A stretch of 55,368 bases of DNA, the filler included, from Catajapyx aquilonaris (taxonomy: Eukaryota), in assembly GCA_000934665.2 (NCBI GenBank). It is 4 parts of 4 records of this genome, joined end to end, with 100 filler letters (N's around TTAATTAATTAA, not from the genome) between each part and the next. Parts side by side here need not be neighbours in the genome. Positions count along the whole stretch, not along the records: positions 41,607 to 55,368 come from JYFJ02007997.1; 3 more parts are not named here. One strand, written 5' to 3'. The notes under the pieces were generated by a model. That model saw only the letters and a program-made list of their open reading frames with translations, did no database searches and was not told where the DNA came from. The position numbers and the translations under genes are program-made. This document shows, piece after piece, positions 48,656 to 55,368 of the stretch (the stretch's first letter is position 1; every line of letters begins with the position of its first letter).

Positions 48656-49300
48656 GCCGCCGTCGTCCAGCCCGCCAGAAGGGGAGCCACTCCGCGCCAG
48701 GGACCCGTCTTCCTCGCAGCTGTCCTCCGACCGCCCCGATGCAGCGACACAAGTGCACCCTGCCTCCGTCTCCTCCACCGTTCCTCTCTGCTGCGCCACC
48801 CTGACTGCCGTCAACTGACCGACTGTGCGGGACAGTCAGCCGCTCTCTGCCTGGTGCTGGCACCCCATCCCCCCTCCGGCCAGCCAGCCAGCCCGCCTGT
48901 GCCTGCCACCTGCACCGCCAGACACAACCTTGCCCGGGGTTCCCCCTCCCTCTTCCTTACCCCACTGACCCACTCTCCCACGCCCCCAACTCCCGCCTCA
49001 TTCGAACGGAGGGCCTCCACTTACTCTACACCAGGGCGGCGGGGGAGGAAGGGCAGCTGCCAGGGGGAGAAGAAAAAAAAAATTGTAAACAAGCTGAGGG
49101 GAGGGGAAGTCTTGCTGCGCACTTCATTCAAGGAAGTGGGTTTCCCGCACCTGCGCCCAGTTCGCCCGTGGTATATGCGACACTGCAACATGTAGGACAA
49201 TGCACAGGGCGACACGGCACGACGCAGTTGATGGATCGCGTGACATACCTGCACTTGGAATCACCCTCTCCTGGGAGAGTGCCCGCCGCCACCCCTCCGA
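48656..49300 (-). promoter_or_regulatory. GC/CpG-rich 5' UTR and promoter region of NAPRT
   Basis: Strong GC and CpG enrichment against the AT-rich background, immediately upstream of the first coding exon. Confidence 0.55.
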
Positions 49301-50462
49301 ATAAATTGAGATTTTTAAAATATTAAACTCGTGCAAGTGTGGGGTCGTCTTGGCGCCAGGAACATGCAAGGACAAGTTCCGAAACCCATCGAGATATCGA
49401 GTCAGGGGGGGGGGGGNNNGGGGGGGGGGGTACCAGGTACCAGGATCATTGATTTTAATCAGTAGTTTCTTTCTTCTACCTCCTTGCCCTGGTATAATGC
49501 AAGAAGTGCATGGAATTGCATGCAATTTGGATGGTGCAATTATGCAGTTTCCTTGGTGGGAGCCATGCATTCACCTTTGACCTTTTCACTCCAAACTTAT
49601 CTCATCAGCACTCTGCAAACAAATCGCCTACTTGACCCACTACTCATTCAAGCCTCACAATGGGAGCTTCAGTTGTCTACTTAATTAATTTACAAATCGA
49701 AATCCTTTTGCTCATTAATAATTTCTTTCTAAAGTGATTGGCAATCACACCATTCAACAACAAGTATTGTAGCCTCCCATGGAAAAAAAAAAAGAAGGAA
49801 AGCTGTCACTAGCAGATCATATTCTTCCCTATGAAACAACATTGCAGTACTATAAATATAAAGTGTAAACCAAACATAAAATCTGCCCAGACAAAACACA
49901 TGTTCCATAATGACAATTCTCCACTGGATTAATTGTACTTGAAAATATCCTGCACATAAATATACCCATATGTAGAGTACGTGTATGACAGGAGTAACAC
50001 AGACCAGTGTAATTTATTCTAGGTAATGACTGAAGTTACTTCTGATGTATAAGACCTGAGTACAGAAAGATCAAAGTCACTCTCAAGGGACTTCAAAATA
50101 TGAGAGTTTTCTGTGTGAAGGTTGCATTACCCCTAGTGGTACGCCTACTTTTTTAAGCACTCATGTAGCGAGCTGTAACTGCTGTAGAATAAAACTGACT
50201 TGACCATGGCATACGTACCAGCTATATGAATACATCTGTATGCATCTCACCTGTAAGCTTCCATCCTCCTTTGCATCTTATTGCAACTCCTAACGAATGG
50301 TGGTACTATCTGTCTTGCATCGCAACTTGTTCACTGCCTCTGGGCATCTGCTCCTGCTGTGAACCATGACTATTAGAAAGTGCTCGTGGCTATATGCTTC
50401 TATAATCTATATTGACTCTTACGACATTGTCATTTTCATTGGACCTCGTAATGATAACAGTA

Positions 50463-50910
50463 ATAATAATAATAATATAATAATATAATAACTGGGGTAG
50501 TGCTTTCACCCCCAACTGGGGGTATATCACACGTTCCTTTATTTATGTTATTATTATTTTTACAGTAGCTGGTGCAGGGACAAGGTAAGGATAGGAAGGG
50601 GGGACACTGGTGCATGTGCAATCTCTCATGTTGGGGGTCGTGTGCAGTCCCCCAGGGGGGTCCGTTCGCCATAGATGGCCCCCCTAGATGCGGGTCAGAA
50701 ACCCCCGACTGACCCGCATCTCCTCCAGGACAGGGAAAGGAGGGAAACGGCTGTGGCCTATATTGCGGTACAATCCCGGAAATTATTCCTGGAGTGACCT
50801 TGGGAAACCACAGAAAACCAAGGTCAGGATCGCCGGCCTCCGGGATTCGAACCCAGGACCTCCCGATTAGCAGTCGGACACCATATCCACTACACCACTA
50901 CTGCTTCGGT
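50463..50910 (-). mobile_element. SINE family B (long form)
   Basis: Head ccgaagcagtagtggtgtagtgg..gggttcgaatccc; 14-bp TSD taatgataacagta. Confidence 0.9.
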
Positions 50911-51719
50911 TAATGATAACAGTATTAGCTTATTAAAGGGCCAGTGAACCAATAAGTAAAACTTGAAATAGAACTTAAAACATTGCATGACCTTCAATAA
51001 GCGCACCAGCAAAAGTCCCAAAAAAATGTTATGCGCTCCAAGCAGAACTCATGAAATTTCAAAATTGGACCTTTATACATTACAGTAATCCCAGCTTGTA
51101 GTTCTTTTGTCATCACTGGCTAGAGTGGCTACCCTTCCAACTATGGACAACCCATGATGGCTGGGTGTCAAATGGGTGATGTCACAATTAACCAATATCA
51201 ACAATGGAGGCATTGCCTATCAGTGCATTTGGGCCCAAAGGAGAGGATCTTCATCTTGCCTTCTGTAGCATTTCGAGGGTAATGGAGCTCAAAAGATGCG
51301 TAAATAGTGCAAAATGAAATGGGTGCAAGTCAGGGGATCAGCATGCAGTACATAAGTTGGGCTGATCAACAATTCAAATCAATGGTGACATCTCACTCCA
51401 AAGCTAGACAGAAAGAAATTATCCTTTCAGACAACCCTACCACCTTCATAGTGGCCTGATTCACCAAGAAAATCTTCCCACTGTCATATGTTTAACATGC
51501 TTTCATCAATAGTGATGTGCCAGAAATAGCACTGCAGCTTTTTTTCAATGCCAGAAGAGGTCCGTTACAGAAGATTGAAATAGCTACTTCGAGAGGTTAG
51601 TTTTTTCGTACCTCAAATCCTATGCCTATGAAACAATTAGCCAGTGACCAACTCCTGGGTGCAGCTGCACCATCCCCGTCCTCCCGATAATTTTTTGAAT
51701 TAAAAATGCTAAACCAGTA

Positions 51720-52319
51720 CAGTGGTTCACAACCTTTTCGGGCCTTCACACCCCTTAGGGAGCAGTTGGTTTTTCTCGTACCCCTTTACCAGGATAACAG
51801 ATTTACCGAATCCTTGACATTTAACTAATCGGGCGACACGGTGGCGGAGTGGTTAGCACCGCAGCCTTCCACCTCCAAGGTCCCGAGTTCGATCTCCGGA
51901 TCGGACAGAGGATACTTATGTGGATAGAGTTTCGATGGGTTCTCTCCGTGTTCGCGTGGGTTTTCTCGGGGTTCTCCCGTTTCCTCCCACAATCAAAATC
52001 CATCATAGCAAAGGCAATGATTAAAGTCGGTTAATTAAAAAGATGATCCCCTAAAGAGCACAAGGAGGCTTATCATGGGGTATCGTGATAACTACCTTAT
52101 AATCAATATTTTGGGACCAAGAATATGATGAAGTGAAAGAAAATTAAGTAACTTTTTCGATAATAATCCAGCTATATTTTTTCCTTTGTGCAAGCCACTT
52201 GTGGGCTGTGCTTTGTCCAAAATTGCTCAATTTGGACTCAGGGGTACTTAACTCCATACCCCCAGTAGGGCCACCTCGCACCCCCTGGGGGTACGGGTAC
52301 CCCTGGTTGGGAACCCCTG
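51720..52319. mobile_element. hAT-like non-autonomous element hosting a SINE
   Basis: Imperfect TIR cagtggttcacaacc / ggttgggaacccctg; TSD not conserved. Confidence 0.5.
51831..52100 (+). mobile_element. tRNA-derived SINE with V-domain-like core (family D)
   Basis: Head gggcgacacggtggcggagtggttagcac..gagttcgatc; core gttctctccgtgttcgcgtgggttttctcggggttctcccgtttcctcccaca. Confidence 0.85.
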
Positions 52320-52919
52320 TGTTAAACGATGGCAGTGAGGCAGGGATAGCGGTGAATTCTTTACCTCCACTTCACAATGCATCTTAATTCATGAACCACA
52401 CATTTACAACCATGAATTCAATAAGATACTGTGCCCATGCTTCAGAATTTTTCATGGAGTGGATGCCTGTGACTTTGAGAGTTGAGGACTAGAGTATAGC
52501 CAGGGGAGGCCATCCCAAATTTTAACAAAGACGTTTTTATCATGCCCATATCTGCATACTGGGGATGCATTTTGACACAGTCCATGCATTACCTAAAAAA
52601 TAAATAAAAAATTGATGACAGTGGCCCTTTGATTCAATGAGATTTAATTCCCTTCAAAAATTACTGCAAAAATAAAAGTTGTAAAACAATTATGGTAATG
52701 CATAGCCTTACTACAGTACTATTGAATGTACTGTTCTCATGTACTAATAAATGTGTAACAAAGCCCTTTTTGCCCACAACACATTACAGCAAGGTTGTTC
52801 AAAAGATGGTAAACATTGAATAAGTACAGTACTGAATATATAAGAATAACATAATATGTTCTTGTCACTTGTCACTTGTTCTGGGTTTACCTCTTTTATG
52901 CCACTGACCCTCAGTTTTT

Positions 52920-53357
52920 AGACTCTTTCTCATCATCGAAAAAAAGTCTTATGGAACGGCTCTATCCATCTGTCTGTCTGGTGTCAGGTATCAGGGCCTA
53001 AACCGCAAGAGATAGCGACAAACGGTTGTCAGATTCGGATTAAGCGTGACCTAAATAGGTTTCATGGTCAAATTCCAGTGACCCACCACTTCCGGTTTTC
53101 GGGGTTCACTCGATTCACACAGGTCTACTTTACGGACGGGTTATCGTTGGATTTCGAAATTAGTTTCCCTGGATTCCTGATGATGTGTGTCAGAGATTTA
53201 GCCAGGGTTTTACTTGGTGCTCTAGCACAGGGGCTGTGGAATTCATTCCTGACGTTGGGACATATTTGCGATGCGTGTCCTCGGCCACCATGAGAAAAAG
53301 TCTACTATATCACGCTCACGTGATTTTCCAATCTACGAGTTTCTATCTATGTAGTTT
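52920..53357 (+). mobile_element. Helentron-derived non-autonomous element (HINE/DINE-like)
   Basis: T-rich flanks, subterminal IR agactctttctcat / atgagaaaaagtct (53290-53303), a short 5' palindrome, a (ctgt)n microsatellite and 3' hairpin atcacg..cgtgat. Confidence 0.6.
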
Positions 53358-53995
53358 GTTTCCAACTCCATGAAGCCCAAAATGTGTGTCCCGCTCCCTG
53401 CCACTTGGAAGACACTATCTCAATCTCATGTTGATGTAATCTCTTGTGCACATATGAACTGCATGGCATCTTTCACTGCTTGCAGTGATCTCAATTGCAG
53501 GAGAAACAACTTTCATATAACTTTGACAGGATTAACACCAGGTGGCACTATTAGTATAAAAGGAGAAACCACAAGAAGGAACTGTTCAAAGTTTACACTA
53601 GAGAAACGTTGCAATGTCCCTGCAAATATCTTGATAAGCCTTTGCCTCAAGAAATTGAAAATATGTTCTATCATAATTGAGGTACAGCATATGCTTACAT
53701 CCAGGGCAATCATTGTCATAAATTATCATAAATAATAATACTTTATTTTCAATGTTTATTCAGCAAGCAATATGATCTGCTTGCTCAGGCAAAGTACTGT
53801 GCAGCGTCACAATCTGCAACCATTACAAGCATTAATATCAAGTTAATATCACGTCACATCCACCCCTCAAGATGTGGATAATATTTTATAGCCTCTGAAT
53901 TCCTATCTATACCTTAATGTCAGGTACTTTTAGACAGCAGTGGAGGCTCATGCGGCACCTAAAATTGGAAAATAACCAGCAGACAGTCATATTGG

Positions 53996-54382
53996 TCATG
54001 GTTTGCAGGGTGGGGGACGTACCAATTCCTCTCCTTCTTCCCGATTGGCCTTCCAAGAGAGATAGGTGTTCCAGAAGAGAGCCACAGTCTGTGCAAGCAA
54101 AACACGGTGACGAAGAGGAACCAGCCAGAAGTTGACTATCTGCACAGCTGGCCACACTTTGTAGTTGGCCACCATAATGTCCACATACTGGCAGGAGATC
54201 TTTTGCTGGATCTGCGGCCATGTCCTACGTTGGAGGCCACCCATCATGGCCAGAAAAGCCACAAGAAAAGTAGGTGCAAAGACACCCTGGTCCAGAGACA
54301 TCTTCATCAGGGCAGCACGGCTGGCTGAGGTGGTTTTTACAACGCGGTCCAAAACTCCATACCACAGCCTCAGTCCCGGACC
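53996..54382 (-). CDS. MPV17: Mitochondrial inner membrane protein Mpv17, last coding exon
   Basis: GPGLRLWYGVLDR..KMSLDQGVFAPTFL..ANYKVWPAVQIVNFWLVPLRHRVLLAQTVALFWNTYLSWKAN; acceptor caccag, phase 0, 129 codons to TGA. Confidence 0.93.
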   Translation of the reverse strand, partial: GPGLRLWYGVLDRVVKTTSASRAALMKMSLDQGVFAPTFLVAFLAMMGGLQRRTWPQIQQKISCQYVDIMVANYKVWPAVQIVNFWLVPLRHRVLLAQTVALFWNTYLSWKANREEGEELVRPPPCKP

Positions 54383-54561
54383 CTGGTGGTAGAACAGAAA
54401 TTTGAGAGAGTGCCATGGTCACCACAGCAGGTAGTACAAACTATGTTTTTGGCATGTTGAAAAATACTTCTACATTGATTTGTAAGTCATAGCAAGCAAC
54501 CTAACCTGGAGATCATACCCCAAAAAATTGCTTCATCCTCACATGCCCATTAACGCAACAA

Positions 54562-54760
54562 GGCAACACAGTGGTGAAGTGGTTAACGCCACAGCCTTCC
54601 ACTTCTAAGGTCCCAAATTCAATCCCCAGGTGTCCCAGAGGAAGAGTTTCGGTGGGTTCTCGCCGTGTTAGCGTGAGTTTTCTCGGGGTGCTCCCGTTTC
54701 CTCCCACTACCAAAAACCCATTTCACGAATGTCAGATAGCCTTAGTTGCTTTGGCACAAG
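54562..54760 (+). mobile_element. SINE family D (V-domain-like), intronic in MPV17
   Basis: Diverged copy of 51831-52100. Confidence 0.8.
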
Positions 54761-55368
54761 CAACAAACCAGCCAACTAATGCAACAACAAAAAATATACA
54801 TATATGGCAAGAACTTAGGTGAGTGTCTTTGCAGAAACTTGGTAACGTAAGGCATACAGGCCTTGGAAATGCATTGACCAAAGACACATACAGTAGCAAA
54901 ATCTGCTTCAGTATTTCCAACTCTTCCAGCGTGACACAATGAAAACACATTAAAGTAAGGTATCACTTTGTGTTCCTGCCACACTCCCTTGGGACACCGT
55001 TTTCTCCTGTGAAAGTCGTATTATGAATTCCAAATGCATGATGGCATTCCTGTCTCATGGCATATAAAGTCACTCCAGTTACATGGTTCTGGAAATTGTA
55101 AGCTTCTTTCCAGGTAATTCCTATTAAGAAAGCAGTGGCTATGATCAACTGGACTGTCAGGGTTGCAAAATCCCTCTACCATCCTGCCAACCCAGCTGCT
55201 CATGGCTCATGTTCTCATTCACCTCCCTTTTTAAAAAGTGTTACATAATCTGCAAATGGCCCCTTGTATGCCCCCAGCTGCGTGTCTTGACAGCACAACA
55301 ACCAAAATGGCAGCAAACCTCAGCCACCTGCATATGCAGTACACCTACCACCACCACCAACCCCAACA

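Noticed and set aside
44408..54382. MPV17-NAPRT adjacency as a functional cluster
   Set aside because: Ordinary tandem neighbours ~5 kb apart, and NAPRT has its own GC-rich upstream region; no evidence of co-regulation.
55222..55328. Candidate upstream MPV17 exon
   Set aside because: Splice-like sites are present but all three frames contain stops and lack Mpv17 motifs; earlier exons probably lie beyond the window.

Overview
Eukaryotic (metazoan, most likely arthropod) genomic DNA, not a prokaryotic locus. The window is four ~13.77-kb segments (1-13767, 13868-27641, 27742-41506, 41607-55368) joined by identical artificial 100-nt spacers (N44-TTAATTAATTAA-N44), so nothing across a spacer can be treated as linked. 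Segment 1 is a dense mosaic of truncated transposon and viral pieces, almost all on the + strand: two EnSpm/CACTA transposases with accessory genes, Chapaev3, NOF/MULE, a Polinton packaging ATPase, a Gypsy LTR-PBS element, a baculovirus-F-like env, a Helitron start and a catalytically dead tyrosine-kinase fragment. This resembles a uni-strand piRNA cluster and is the most interesting region. Segments 2 and 3 are intronic/intergenic DNA full of tRNA-derived SINEs (with clear TSDs), MITEs, and a mariner nested in a Sola-like element; segment 2 may also hold the 5' end of an unrecognised myristoylated-protein gene with a duplicated exon. Segment 4 holds the first six coding exons of NAPRT and the last coding exon of MPV17, both on the - strand. 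Family assignments come from motif recognition by eye; no database search was run.
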